Shown: positions 49,146 to 59,835, counted from the first letter of the stretch. The stretch: 64,000 nucleotides of DNA from Candidatus Woesearchaeota archaeon (GCA_016188115.1 JACPIK010000002.1:680077-744076), one strand, 5' to 3'. A program made the numbers and translations. Notes: generated from the sequence alone by a model not told the origin.

Positions 49146-49289
49146 ATGCAAAAAAGAGGCCAATTAGGGATTATTGAGTTTAAATATTTCATGGGAGGGC
49201 TCTTTGTAGGATTAATCATTGCACTTGTTCTTGTAGCATTAGGGACAAATGGTGTGTTACCCTTCAAAATACCCCTTGTCTGTGGATAA
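49146..49289 (+). CDS. Mini pilin-like membrane peptide, 47 aa (not in ORF track)
   Basis: MQKRG-QLGIIEFKYFMGGLFVGLIIALVLVALG...; TATA about 22 nt upstream. Confidence 0.65.
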   Translation: MQKRGQLGIIEFKYFMGGLFVGLIIALVLVALGTNGVLPFKIPLVCG

Positions 49290-49515
49290 AAAAGGGTCTA
49301 TTTTAACATAGACTAGAATCTAGTTTTTACTTTATAAGTTTTTATCCCCTCTAAAAAACAATCTAACTCTTCTGGAATAGAAAACATTAATAAGAAAGAA
49401 CTATCCACAAACACCTACCAAAAACTCGTAGAACCACACACAAAAAGGTCGTTCTCCGCAGCCAATTGTCAATAAAGAAGGTAGAGAAATATTGACAAAA
49501 AAAGGGGTGAATATA

Positions 49516-50061
49516 ATGGATGTAGAAAGAATTCAGAAAATAAATGCTCTTGCTCTTGAACTTATGAAAAAGGGACTAGCAAGCGATAGAGAAAACGCAG
49601 TAATGCAAGCAGAAGAAGTATTCAAAAGTCAACACGCAGGCGATTACCGTGAAATGCGTTCCACATTAAGTGCAGTGCAAGAAGTAGCACAACCACGTCG
49701 TGACGCAAGCTCCCAAATCGACCTTAGCCAAGATCGTGTTAAAGATATTCTTGAACAAAATAGCAAATTCTTAGTGCAAAAAATCAGAGAGTTTCAAGAA
49801 AAGATGGATGCTATGGAACGTGAAGTAGAAGGACTTAAAATCAAGTTAAATTACCAACGCCTTCCTACCGCAGCAACAGTAGTATCAAATCAACCTGCAG
49901 GATCAGTACCTATTCAAGCACCAGCATCAATGCATGTTCCACCTATGCCTAGCTCCGGTTCTCAAGGTGGTGCAGCAGCACCAGGTAGCCATCCTCGCTC
50001 GGGCAACTTTAAAGATACTGATGTATCCATTGAGAAATTCTTTTACATGGGTCACAAATAG
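49516..50061 (+). CDS. Hypothetical coiled-coil protein
   Basis: ggggtga RBS before ATG at 49516; helical body, low-complexity linker, T-tract after stop. Confidence 0.7.
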   Translation: MDVERIQKINALALELMKKGLASDRENAVMQAEEVFKSQHAGDYREMRSTLSAVQEVAQPRRDASSQIDLSQDRVKDILEQNSKFLVQKIREFQEKMDAMEREVEGLKIKLNYQRLPTAATVVSNQPAGSVPIQAPASMHVPPMPSSGSQGGAAAPGSHPRSGNFKDTDVSIEKFFYMGHK

Positions 50062-50248
50062 ACTTTTTTAATTTTCTTTTTTGTAATTTTTATTTTTAGC
50101 TTCTAAAAAATCCATCACCAATTACCCCATTATCTATATTGCAATTAACAAGTTGCCTACTATTATCAGGATCAGTTTACTTTGCCCATGAGGAATTATC
50201 CAAAGAATCAAACACACCCACCGATAGATTTTTAAAGAAAGTAACTAC

Positions 50249-51793
50249 TTGAGAATAAAAACAAGATGGTGGGGAGGGGTTAAAATCGCAACAAACAAAT
50301 TTGTATTACTATTATCATTTCTATTGTTATTTACTGCTGTAAGTGCTCTTGCAGACGTAAGTATTGTTGACGCCAACGACGTTGCTCTCAACAACATCAC
50401 CGCTGAGATTGACTATTCTCAATTTGACGATGAGAATGATGAAACTATCAACAAAACAATTACTCTTCGTATCAATAACACCAACGCGCAAGATGAAACT
50501 GTGCAAGTAACTGTTACCGGTTTACCTGCTGACTACTCTTTTAGAACATCTGCTGCGCAAGTTTTAGTTCCAGCAGGTCAAACTCAAACTCTAGATCTTA
50601 CTGTGAGTGCCCCTCATGAACAAGACGCTGGTAAAATTAAAATTGGAACTATCCAAGTAAAACAAAATAATAATGTTCTAGACCAAGTTGAATTAATCCA
50701 AGATACGAAAAGCATGTTTCGCCTTGATGAACTCAAAATCGAATACAAAACCGATGAAGATGACAGTCAAAGTGAAGATGCATGTGATGAAGGAACCTTT
50801 TGTGAAGCTAAAGGCACCCCAACCACATATGATCTTGAAGAAAAAGTAAAAATTGGAACAACCGTTCAACTTACTTTCAAAATTGAAAATCTCTTTAACA
50901 AAGATTACAATGATGGAGATCTAGAAGACATCCAAATCACCATCGAGTCTGATGACAGCGGCTTATACACTGATGAATTTGATGAAGAATTTGACAATCT
51001 TGAAGATATTACCGCTGACGAGAAAAAAACCTACGAATTCGAATTCGACGTAGATCCTGAAGCAGACGAAGATGTGTATACTCTTAACATTAAAATTGAA
51101 GCAGAAGATAGCAACGGAGCAAAATATCTTCTTGAACGAGAAATCGATCTTGACACTATCCGTGAAAAAGATGATATTCGTATCCAACAAGCTCAACTTC
51201 AACCTACCACAGTAAGTAGCTGTAATCCTAGTTTTAGCCTAAGCACAGAACTAGAAAACTTTGGATCAAAAAAACAAAATTTTGCATCCCTTAAGATAAA
51301 ATCTGACAGCCTAAAAATTGATCAAGAAGAAAAAAACATTGAACTTGAAGAATTTGATGGAGGAGATAGCACCTTCGAAAAAACTTTCACGTACAATATT
51401 CCTAGCAATCTTAAAGCAGGAGAATACAAAATTGATCTCACTGCCTATGTTCGCACAGGAGAATTATCTGATCAAAAACAAGTAGAATTAAAAGTTGAAG
51501 AATGCGATGGTCAGGAAACACAAGAAGAAGAGGAACCAGAAGTTGCTCCTTCCACCCCACAAAATCAAACAACTCAAAATCGGAGTGGAACAGTTGTAAC
51601 AACAAGTACCCTTCCTCCTACCCAAGCACAACAACCAGTAACACAACCAAACGCAAATCCTTCATACCAAGTACCTCGTACTCTTGAAGACCCGTACACC
51701 GTTGAAGATTTGTTCATCGCAGGAATTGTGATTGCAGTAGTATTGATCATTACCTTAATTGTCGTGTTTTTCGTACTGTTGCTACGCCGATAA
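50249..51793 (+). CDS. Acidic S-layer-like surface protein (start uncertain: TTG 50249 or ATC 50285)
   Basis: Signal peptide, D/E-rich Ig-like repeats, Thr/Pro/Gln linker, C-terminal TM + RR. Confidence 0.75.
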   Translation: MRIKTRWWGGVKIATNKFVLLLSFLLLFTAVSALADVSIVDANDVALNNITAEIDYSQFDDENDETINKTITLRINNTNAQDETVQVTVTGLPADYSFRTSAAQVLVPAGQTQTLDLTVSAPHEQDAGKIKIGTIQVKQNNNVLDQVELIQDTKSMFRLDELKIEYKTDEDDSQSEDACDEGTFCEAKGTPTTYDLEEKVKIGTTVQLTFKIENLFNKDYNDGDLEDIQITIESDDSGLYTDEFDEEFDNLEDITADEKKTYEFEFDVDPEADEDVYTLNIKIEAEDSNGAKYLLEREIDLDTIREKDDIRIQQAQLQPTTVSSCNPSFSLSTELENFGSKKQNFASLKIKSDSLKIDQEEKNIELEEFDGGDSTFEKTFTYNIPSNLKAGEYKIDLTAYVRTGELSDQKQVELKVEECDGQETQEEEEPEVAPSTPQNQTTQNRSGTVVTTSTLPPTQAQQPVTQPNANPSYQVPRTLEDPYTVEDLFIAGIVIAVVLIITLIVVFFVLLLRR

Positions 51794-51830
51794 ACAGAGC
51801 AAACGAAAATCAAAAAACAGGTAAAATACT

Positions 51831-52862
51831 ATGAACAAAAACTCAATCCTGACAAGCGTTGTTTTTTTTATCTTTCTTTCTTTAGTTTCTATTTCAGCTC
51901 TTGCCCAACTTCAAATTGAAAAGATAGAAGTTAATGGCAATACCGATGGGGATCTAGAAATTGAAGAAAATAACGAATTTGAGATTACGGTACAAAATAA
52001 TGCTAATATCAGCATTGAAGATGTCCAAGTCACCGTTACAATACTTGATGTAGATAGTGAAGATATTGATGAGAATAGTGATGAAGAAGACATCCGCAGC
52101 GGTGATGACGAAAAATTCACAGTAGATATCGATCTTTCAGGAGAAGATCTTGATAAAGACTCATTTGAAGTTGAAGTTCTAGTAGAAGGCGAAGACAATA
52201 ATGGAGTTGAATACAGTACTGTTGAAAATATAACCGTTGGCCTTGATTTAGAAAACCACCAGTTAATTATTGATCGTGCAGTTCTTGCCCCATCAACACT
52301 TCAGTGTTCTCGCACTGCTCGACTTGAAGTAACTGTTGAAAACCAAGGTAAAAGTGATGAAGATGACGTAGTCATTCGTGTTTCTAACAGCCAGCTCAAC
52401 CTTGAAGCGCATGAAGATGAGATTGATATTGATGAATTTACAGAAAACAACAACGATGTTGAAGAAACATTTTTGTTAAATTTCGAAAATGCCAAAGCAG
52501 GAACCTATATCCTCGTGGTCCAAGTATTTAGAGATGAAAATAAGCTTGCTGACACACAAGAAGTTACTCTCAAAATTCAAGATTGTGCACAATCAGCAAC
52601 CACAACCACTCCAGAGAGATCCCAATATACCATATCTAACTCGCAGGATTACGCTCAACAGTTGCAACGCTTTGTGAACCAACAAACAGTGCAAACTAAA
52701 CCAGCATCAACCTCGACAACCCCTGCAGTGCAACCTAATGTTCTTCGTGCTTCATTTCGTGAAAGCGACACCTATGTAGCCATGTTAGGAATACTCTTAG
52801 TATTAGGCTTTATTGCATTAATACTTGCAGTAACGGTAATGCTAGCAAAAAGAAAACGCTAA
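51831..52862 (+). CDS. Acidic S-layer-like surface protein, paralog of the upstream gene
   Basis: Same architecture; shared E.ED.NG..Y, A.L.P.T..C, EN.G, KAG.Y, LK...C motifs; C-terminal TM + KRKR. Confidence 0.75.
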   Translation: MNKNSILTSVVFFIFLSLVSISALAQLQIEKIEVNGNTDGDLEIEENNEFEITVQNNANISIEDVQVTVTILDVDSEDIDENSDEEDIRSGDDEKFTVDIDLSGEDLDKDSFEVEVLVEGEDNNGVEYSTVENITVGLDLENHQLIIDRAVLAPSTLQCSRTARLEVTVENQGKSDEDDVVIRVSNSQLNLEAHEDEIDIDEFTENNNDVEETFLLNFENAKAGTYILVVQVFRDENKLADTQEVTLKIQDCAQSATTTTPERSQYTISNSQDYAQQLQRFVNQQTVQTKPASTSTTPAVQPNVLRASFRESDTYVAMLGILLVLGFIALILAVTVMLAKRKR

Positions 52863-52875
52863 GAACTCACTTAAT

Positions 52876-53514
52876 TTATTTTTTATAAATTACTTCCTTT
52901 TCTCCCTTTTTAATTTTGGTTTTAACAGTAGTTTGTTCGAATATTCCCATCTCTTGAGCCGGCAACTCTTCTACCATCTTTTTTAATTTCGCCAACCGCT
53001 TCCAACTCTTCTCCAATTTATCGTTACAATACGAAACGAGCCACTCTTTATCACCTGCAAAAACCAACTCTCCTCGGTCATAAAACGGCATCTCTACAAC
53101 TGCACTATCGCGAATTTCTATAATAATTTTCTTAGAAGCTGTTAAAATACAACTTTTTTTGCAGATTGCTCGCGCCGCTTCTACAAAACGATTTGCTGTA
53201 GCCATATCTCGACAACAAACATGCAAAATAAACGTCTCCATACGCAACCAAACCATACCCCTGCTTTTTTGCGTAGCAGATAGTTCAAAAAAAGACAAAT
53301 CAATTGGATCATGACTTACTTTAATCCATTCGGTTTCATTCTTCTTGCCAGATCCACTCCAAAAATACGTGCGACCAGAGCAAGTGGAAGTCGTATAAAG
53401 ATCAGGATGCTTATTAACAGATTCAATAAAAGGGATTGCTCGCTCATCGATGCTTCCTTTCTTGCTTTTGTCAAGCTTGGCAAGGAAGGTTTTTTTGTCG
53501 TTGTTAAAAGGCAT
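52876..53514 (-). CDS. taw3: tRNA wyosine-derivative methyltransferase Taw3/TYW3
   Basis: DKSKKGSID, YTTSTCSGR, ILHVCC. Confidence 0.88.
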   Translation of the reverse strand: MPFNNDKKTFLAKLDKSKKGSIDERAIPFIESVNKHPDLYTTSTCSGRTYFWSGSGKKNETEWIKVSHDPIDLSFFELSATQKSRGMVWLRMETFILHVCCRDMATANRFVEAARAICKKSCILTASKKIIIEIRDSAVVEMPFYDRGELVFAGDKEWLVSYCNDKLEKSWKRLAKLKKMVEELPAQEMGIFEQTTVKTKIKKGEKEVIYKK

Positions 53515-53547
53515 AATAAAAGAAAAAAAGAAGTTACTTTAAAATTG

Positions 53548-54216
53548 TTACCTGTCGTAGAACTCCACTCTCTTTGTCCAGCGAACGGAATCACTTAGAT
53601 CTTCACGCGAATGATATTTTCCTGCCAGATCATCTAAGACAAAATCAAGTATATTCTCAAGATCAACATCACGTGACTGAAATTTCAACACAACACGATC
53701 TGTACTTGTGCCTATGTCGAAAACACCATGTTCTTGTTTTTTGCCAATAGCGTATTTTACGTCAATTTCGCCAGAGAGTCGCGAAACTTCATCTTTCCAC
53801 GCTTGATATGTTGTTGCAGGAAGAATTGACTGTCCACCAGCATGTTCACCTTGACGTATTTCATGCCACCAACCATGTTCCCCCGTATCAAAAAAGCGAT
53901 AAAGTGTTTCCTTCGGACGGTCAATATATCCTCCAACAAGAGGCATGCCGAATTCTTCTTTGAATCGTTGCATCATGTCGCCATTAATAGCTGGACTCGC
54001 CCAAGGATCGATTGCCAGGCTACAGGTATGATATCTTCTTTTTCCATCAAGAAATTCAAATGTATAAATCTCATCATCAGAGATATGACCTAATAATTTC
54101 TTAGCGAAAACTGCCGTAGGTTGTTCCCTACGTATTGCATCAACAAAATCAGATTTTTCCCCCGCTGCTGAACCGCAAAGACGACCATAGCCAAAACTCA
54201 TTTTTTCAGGTTCCAT
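53548..54216 (-). CDS. Hypothetical protein
   Basis: ggagg RBS; no motif recognised. Confidence 0.6.
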   Translation of the reverse strand: MEPEKMSFGYGRLCGSAAGEKSDFVDAIRREQPTAVFAKKLLGHISDDEIYTFEFLDGKRRYHTCSLAIDPWASPAINGDMMQRFKEEFGMPLVGGYIDRPKETLYRFFDTGEHGWWHEIRQGEHAGGQSILPATTYQAWKDEVSRLSGEIDVKYAIGKKQEHGVFDIGTSTDRVVLKFQSRDVDLENILDFVLDDLAGKYHSREDLSDSVRWTKRVEFYDR

Positions 54217-54350
54217 GTTTTTCCTCCATCTACACCCATCAAACCTATTCTTTCCAGCTCACTACCACATATTAATTTGACCACTAAAATACCACTTGTT
54301 TGAATCAAAAAACAATATGTTTATATACATAATGACTCATTTGAACCATA

Positions 54351-54803
54351 ATGATTGATGAAACTGACTTAAAGATTATTGAAATACTCAAACAAGATTC
54401 CTCTCTCTCCACTCACCAGATTACCAAGAAAATACAGATTCCACAAACCACAGTACTCAACCGTATTCGCAAGTTACAAGAAGCCAATATCATTGAGAAA
54501 TTTACCATCAAACTTAACCATAAACAACTCGGCAAAACCCAAAAAGCAGTCATCTTTGTTAAAGTTGATACCCGCACTGAACGCAGTACAGAAAAACGAG
54601 TAGGTGATATTGAAGAAAAAATTGCCAAAGACGAAAGAGTCTTAAATATCAAGCGGTTGATGGGCAGATACGATTTCGTTATCGAGCTGGCGTGCACCTC
54701 CATCGATGACCTTAACGATTTCCTTATCAACAAAGTACGATCAAAAGAGTGCATCGCAGAAACCGAGACCATGATGGTACTCAAAGAATGGAATAATAAT
54801 TAA
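54351..54803 (+). CDS. Lrp/AsnC family transcriptional regulator
   Basis: IDETDLKIIEILKQDS..TVLNRIRKL...II; GRYD in RAM domain. Confidence 0.92.
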   Translation: MIDETDLKIIEILKQDSSLSTHQITKKIQIPQTTVLNRIRKLQEANIIEKFTIKLNHKQLGKTQKAVIFVKVDTRTERSTEKRVGDIEEKIAKDERVLNIKRLMGRYDFVIELACTSIDDLNDFLINKVRSKECIAETETMMVLKEWNNN

Positions 54804-54842
54804 CAAAACTAATTAAAAAATAATACTACAAGAGGGAAAAGT

Positions 54843-55574
54843 ATGAAAAACATTGAAAAAGTCGCAGTGGAACTCACCACGAACAAAAAATATCTTCTTA
54901 AAACCATCACAGATGATTTTATCACCCCGCAAGGTATGCTCAATAAACGCGATCTAAAACAAGACGGTAGAATCCGTGCAAGCACTGGTAAAGTATTCTC
55001 CATTATCAAACCTTCTTTTGTTGACCTTTGGGAAAATCTCAAACGTGGACCGCAGATCATGGTGCAAAAAGATATTGGTCTTATTATCGCCAAAACTGGC
55101 ATCAACAAAGATTCAATCGTTGTTGACGCTGGAGCAGGCACAGGTTCATTATGCCTCTCTCTTGCGAACATTTGCAAACATATTACTACATACGAAACCA
55201 ATGGTGAACATGCAGCCATCGTTGAAAGAAACATCCAAATGGTGGGATTTAACAATATTGTCCTCAAAAAAGAAAACATCAACAACGGAATTGTTGAAAC
55301 AGACGTAGACCTCATAACTCTTGATCTCCCCGAACCGTGGAAAGTATTAGAACATGCAGAAAAAGCATTAGTCATGGGAGGATTTCTCGTTATCTATTTA
55401 CCCAATATTCTTCAAGTCAAAACATTCGTTGACACCATTCCCAAAAGTGGCATTTCCTTACTTGAGGTTGTCGAATTAATGGAACGCCAATGGCGCGTCG
55501 AAGAGAATATTGTCCGTCCAGAATTTGAGATGTTGGGACATACTGGGTTCTTGGTGTTCTGTAGGAAGATATAG
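54843..55574 (+). CDS. trmI: tRNA (adenine-57/58-N1)-methyltransferase
   Basis: KRGPQIM..KD, DAGAGTGSL, LDLPEPW, RP...GHTGFL. Confidence 0.9.
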   Translation: MKNIEKVAVELTTNKKYLLKTITDDFITPQGMLNKRDLKQDGRIRASTGKVFSIIKPSFVDLWENLKRGPQIMVQKDIGLIIAKTGINKDSIVVDAGAGTGSLCLSLANICKHITTYETNGEHAAIVERNIQMVGFNNIVLKKENINNGIVETDVDLITLDLPEPWKVLEHAEKALVMGGFLVIYLPNILQVKTFVDTIPKSGISLLEVVELMERQWRVEENIVRPEFEMLGHTGFLVFCRKI

Positions 55575-55619
55575 AATACTATCTAAATTCTTAAATACCA
55601 CTTTATTTGTTTTCTTAGC

Positions 55620-56039
55620 ATGCATCTTCCCATCAAAAAGCTCTCACCTGACGCCATCTTGCCACAATATGCACACGCAGGTGACGCAGGATTAGATTTC
55701 TTTTCCAACGAACATGTCACAATCTTACCTAACGAACGCCACGCTGTTGCCACCGGCATTGCCATGGCGATTCCTTTTGGCTATGTTGGATTACTCTGGG
55801 ATCGCTCCGGACTCGCAGTCAAAAATGGAATAAAACTCTTAGGAGGAGTAATTGACGCATCCTATCGAGGAGAAATTAAAATTATTATGTATAACACCGG
55901 AACCGAACCCCTCGTTATCACAAAAGGAATGAAGATTGCCCAAATGCTCATTCAACAATATCAACAGTGCACTATCCAAGAAACAAACGATCTTCCCGAC
56001 ACCAGCCGTGGTGACAAAGGCTTTGGCAGCACGGGATAA
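55620..56039 (+). CDS. dut: dUTP diphosphatase (trimeric)
   Basis: AGLD, RSGLA, GVIDASYRGEI, IAQM, RGDKGFGSTG. Confidence 0.97.
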   Translation: MHLPIKKLSPDAILPQYAHAGDAGLDFFSNEHVTILPNERHAVATGIAMAIPFGYVGLLWDRSGLAVKNGIKLLGGVIDASYRGEIKIIMYNTGTEPLVITKGMKIAQMLIQQYQQCTIQETNDLPDTSRGDKGFGSTG

Positions 56040-56792
56040 TTATCCCCATTTATAGGCAGGAATTCCACCTTCAGGAACAAGACTTTCAGGAGTAGTATTT
56101 GTTGAACGAGAATCTAAATATGCCTGAACGACCCTCATGCCTTTTGCTTCTCTTTGAAGTGCAAAATCAATTCCCGAGCAGGTTGCACGTTCACATCGTA
56201 AAGGAATCAATGCAATAAGATTACGATATCCTTGTCCACACAATTCACTCACCACTTCTCGATAATCAGCACTGCAACCTAAATCTTGCCCATCTCGCAA
56301 TATCGCTTTACGTCGATATTCACTCTCCGGCCAGAGTGCGGTCAAACTCAAGCGTGAAGCTATGAGAATTCTTCCATCTAAAGCTTCCGCCAACAAAGAG
56401 AAACGATAAGATAAAGGAACAAGACCACCCTTAATATGTCCTCTCATTAACTCCACCACAGGAACCATAGTAGAATCAACATCACCATCATCTTTCTGAT
56501 ACCAACGAGGATTTATTTGAAGCGAATGGTCATCCACCACAACAGCAATCCCTACGTTCTTATCATAAGCTATTCCGCGCTTTGCAAGACGTAGTGCTAG
56601 ATCAAAAGTATATTCAGAGAACAAGCCAAATCCTTCATCTTGGTTGTCACCAACAGCAGCTACCCCCTCCCTGTTTAATGGATAGTGACCACCCAAAATT
56701 GCAGTTGGACCTTTCCAGCCAGTAACAAATGTTTGAAGCTTTAACTCAAGTTCATCTAACGTGGGAATGATTGCTTTTGACATGAATATCAC
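56040..56792 (-). CDS. Hypothetical protein
   Basis: 250-aa alpha/beta-looking ORF; no family recognised. Confidence 0.6.
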   Translation of the reverse strand: MIFMSKAIIPTLDELELKLQTFVTGWKGPTAILGGHYPLNREGVAAVGDNQDEGFGLFSEYTFDLALRLAKRGIAYDKNVGIAVVVDDHSLQINPRWYQKDDGDVDSTMVPVVELMRGHIKGGLVPLSYRFSLLAEALDGRILIASRLSLTALWPESEYRRKAILRDGQDLGCSADYREVVSELCGQGYRNLIALIPLRCERATCSGIDFALQREAKGMRVVQAYLDSRSTNTTPESLVPEGGIPAYKWG

Positions 56793-56883
56793 TTCGAAGT
56801 GATAAATTATATATTAAACTTCTAGTAGATTTTTAGTAATTTAATGGAAAAGTTAATAATAAATAACAGAGATTTACTAAATT

Positions 56884-57852
56884 ATGTACAAAATTGACAA
56901 TACTGATGCAAAACTGCTCGTAGAATTAGACCACAATGCTCGACAGGCAGAAACGACATTAGCTAAAAAGATCCACCGTTCTAAAGAATCTGTCAGATAC
57001 CGTATCAAAACTCTTGAGCAAAAAGGTGTTATCGAAGGACACACTATCTGGATTGACACAGTACAATTAGGCTACCACAGCGCAAAATTATATCTAACTC
57101 TTGCCAACAAACCAAAACTACGTGAGGAATTTGTAAAATATGTCACCCAAGATAAACGCCTCTTTTGGTTAGGTCTTGCTGACGGTGCTTGGAATGCAGG
57201 ACTTACCTATTTTGTCACCTCAAATCAAGAATTCTTCGAGCTCAAGAATGAATTATTTAGTCAATTCAAAGAACTGATCACCGCAAGCCAGATAGCATCA
57301 ATTGTTGAAATTGGATTCAAGAATAAAACTTTTCTTACACCTTCCGAATCTGTATGGAAAACTATGTTCACCCAACCTAAGACATTCTACACTTTAGATG
57401 CAGTTGAAAGGAAAATCCTTCGAGCACTTTTTGCCAACGGACGGATCTCCCTGACTCAACTTGCGCAGCAAACACAATCAACTATTGACATAGTACGACA
57501 TCGTATGCACAAGTTAGAAGAGAAGAAGATTATCGCACGATATGGTGCTCGTATCAATTACAACAAATTAGGATATGAATTTTACAAGACGTTCTGTTAC
57601 TTTCAAAACCTCACTAAGCAAGATGAAAAAAAGTTCCTAGAATATTGTCGAAAGCAACATCCAATTATACACTTTGTTAAAACAATCAGCTCATGGGACA
57701 TCGAATTAGAAAGCATGTGTAAAAGTTACCATGAATATCTTAAGATCATCAACGATTTAACAAGAGAGTTCCCCAGCATCATCAAAGTAGAGACAGCTAT
57801 CATGAGTGAGGATTATGTCTTTCCTGCTAAGAAGATGATTTTTGAAGAGTAG
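56884..57852 (+). CDS. Tandem (double) Lrp/AsnC regulator
   Basis: Two HTH-RAM units: IDNTDAKLL...VRYRIKTLEQKGVI and LDAVERKIL...VRHRMHKLEEKKII. Confidence 0.88.
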   Translation: MYKIDNTDAKLLVELDHNARQAETTLAKKIHRSKESVRYRIKTLEQKGVIEGHTIWIDTVQLGYHSAKLYLTLANKPKLREEFVKYVTQDKRLFWLGLADGAWNAGLTYFVTSNQEFFELKNELFSQFKELITASQIASIVEIGFKNKTFLTPSESVWKTMFTQPKTFYTLDAVERKILRALFANGRISLTQLAQQTQSTIDIVRHRMHKLEEKKIIARYGARINYNKLGYEFYKTFCYFQNLTKQDEKKFLEYCRKQHPIIHFVKTISSWDIELESMCKSYHEYLKIINDLTREFPSIIKVETAIMSEDYVFPAKKMIFEE

Positions 57853-57873
57853 AGATGAATGTTGTGTAGAAAT

Positions 57874-58356
57874 CTACTTCCCTACTTTCTTCTTCAACTC
57901 AGCCACTTCTTTCTTCAAATGTATCAAAATCTCCAGCTGTTTCTGATCAATACGCAAGTCACGCACATCTTTTTCTAAATCTAATTCAGCGCGAGCTTGA
58001 TCGCGTTTCGCTGCGCGATTTTGACTCATCAAGATAACAGGTGCCTGTAACGCTGCAACCATTGATAATCCAAGATTCAATAAAATGAAAGGAAATGGAT
58101 CAAAAGGCACACTTAGTAAAATCCCATTAGTAACAATCCATAAAACCAACACAACTAGAAATGTCGTAATGAATCTCCAACTGCCACCTACTTCCGCAAT
58201 CTTATCAGAAAATTTATCTAATTTTTTCAAATCTTTCTTGTAGAGCTGATCAATTCTTTCCAGTGTCGTCTCAACTTTATGAATTTCATGTTCAAAAACT
58301 TGGATAATATCTTCTTCGGTCTCAAAAAGAACAGAAGATTGTTTCTTCTTCCCCAC
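57874..58356 (-). CDS. DUF1003-like membrane protein
   Basis: GGSWRF, FDPFPFILLNL.LS..AALQAPVILMSQNR. Confidence 0.88.
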   Translation of the reverse strand: MGKKKQSSVLFETEEDIIQVFEHEIHKVETTLERIDQLYKKDLKKLDKFSDKIAEVGGSWRFITTFLVVLVLWIVTNGILLSVPFDPFPFILLNLGLSMVAALQAPVILMSQNRAAKRDQARAELDLEKDVRDLRIDQKQLEILIHLKKEVAELKKKVGK

Positions 58357-59835
58357 CTAGACCACCTTATAGCCAATAGAATGAGTAAGGATATCTTTTG
58401 CCAAGCCTAAATGAATCTCGCTTTCAGCATAAATAGTATACAAAGCAGTGCCTTTAGCAACTTTTGCGCCCACGGCAGCATGTAAAAAAACACCAGCCCC
58501 TTTATCTAATGGAGCACCCGCAACACGAGCAATCTTTGCAATAATTTCGTTATCAATTTCACGAATAGTTCCCGATTTTGGAACAGTAACAACATAGGTA
58601 TATTTTCCTAAACAAAACTGTTTTTGTTTACCTTGTGCACGAATAATATCTTGCATCTTCGTAAACGCTTTTCCTGACTCCAAAATTTCTTTCGCGCGAG
58701 CATGAGCATGAGCATAAGGACAATTACACACCATTTCAATAAGATGAGCTGACATCGCAATAGCTTTCTTCTTAAGATCTTGAGGAGCTTTAGGATCATT
58801 GCGTAACACCGCCATAACATCATTTGCTTCCAGAAGAGGACCAACACCAAACCCGATAGGCTGCGAACCATCGGTAATTTCAACACGCACTTTCATCCCC
58901 AAATGCTTTCCTACTAAAGTAAACATTTTCTTAAGATGAAGTGCTTCTTTATGTGATTTGACTTTCGCAGTTTTTCCCATAGGGATATCAATCAAAACAT
59001 GCGTTGCGCCAACAGAATATTTCTTCGCCATCACCGACGCAAGCATTTGACCTTCCGCATCAATCGAAAGAGGATGTTCCACCATGATAATTTTATCATC
59101 AGCAGGAGCAAGGTTCATTGAACCACCATGAACAATACAAGCGCCCGTCTTTTTAACAACCTCTCGAATCTTTTTCTCCGAGAGAACAACTTGTGCCAAA
59201 CACTCCATCGTATCAGCAGTACCGGCAGGTGACGTGATTGCGCGTGAACTTGTTTTAGGAATAGTATATCCCGCTGCTGCAATAATAGGAATCACAATCA
59301 TTGTAGTACGATTACCAGGAAGACCACCGATACAATGTTTATCTAATGTAAGAGATCCAAACTTAAGTTTCTCCCCCGTATCTACCATTGCTTTAGTCAT
59401 ATCAACAACTTCATGAATATCCCACCCATGTACAAATCCAGCAGAAACAAAATACGTTTTTTCAATGTCACTTAATCGGTCATTCGTAATATCATCAATA
59501 ATGGAATATAACTCTTTATACCCTAACTTTGCGCCAAATAATTTTTCTCTAATGTGAGCCAAAGACTCAGGTTTTCCTGCATATCGAACACGAACTTTTT
59601 GCCCATGTTTTACATGAAGTAACGCCAGCACTTCTTCAAAGAGACCAATTGATCCTTCTGGAACAACTTTATCATGCTGTGCAATATCAAGAATACAAGT
59701 GATTTCTTTAGGATGATCTTTGATCGTAATCCTATCACCGATATGAAGATCAAGGCGTTGCGCATCTTTCTGATTAAGAATAGCAACCAAAACATTACCT
59801 GTAGCAATATCCATATCCTTAACTTTAAAATACAT
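58357..59835 (-). CDS. AMP phosphorylase (thymidine phosphorylase family)
   Basis: N-terminal extension, DKHCIGGLPGNRTT, KTSSRAITSPAGTAD, DGSQPIG.GVGP.LEA. Confidence 0.93.
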   Translation of the reverse strand: MYFKVKDMDIATGNVLVAILNQKDAQRLDLHIGDRITIKDHPKEITCILDIAQHDKVVPEGSIGLFEEVLALLHVKHGQKVRVRYAGKPESLAHIREKLFGAKLGYKELYSIIDDITNDRLSDIEKTYFVSAGFVHGWDIHEVVDMTKAMVDTGEKLKFGSLTLDKHCIGGLPGNRTTMIVIPIIAAAGYTIPKTSSRAITSPAGTADTMECLAQVVLSEKKIREVVKKTGACIVHGGSMNLAPADDKIIMVEHPLSIDAEGQMLASVMAKKYSVGATHVLIDIPMGKTAKVKSHKEALHLKKMFTLVGKHLGMKVRVEITDGSQPIGFGVGPLLEANDVMAVLRNDPKAPQDLKKKAIAMSAHLIEMVCNCPYAHAHARAKEILESGKAFTKMQDIIRAQGKQKQFCLGKYTYVVTVPKSGTIREIDNEIIAKIARVAGAPLDKGAGVFLHAAVGAKVAKGTALYTIYAESEIHLGLAKDILTHSIGYKVV

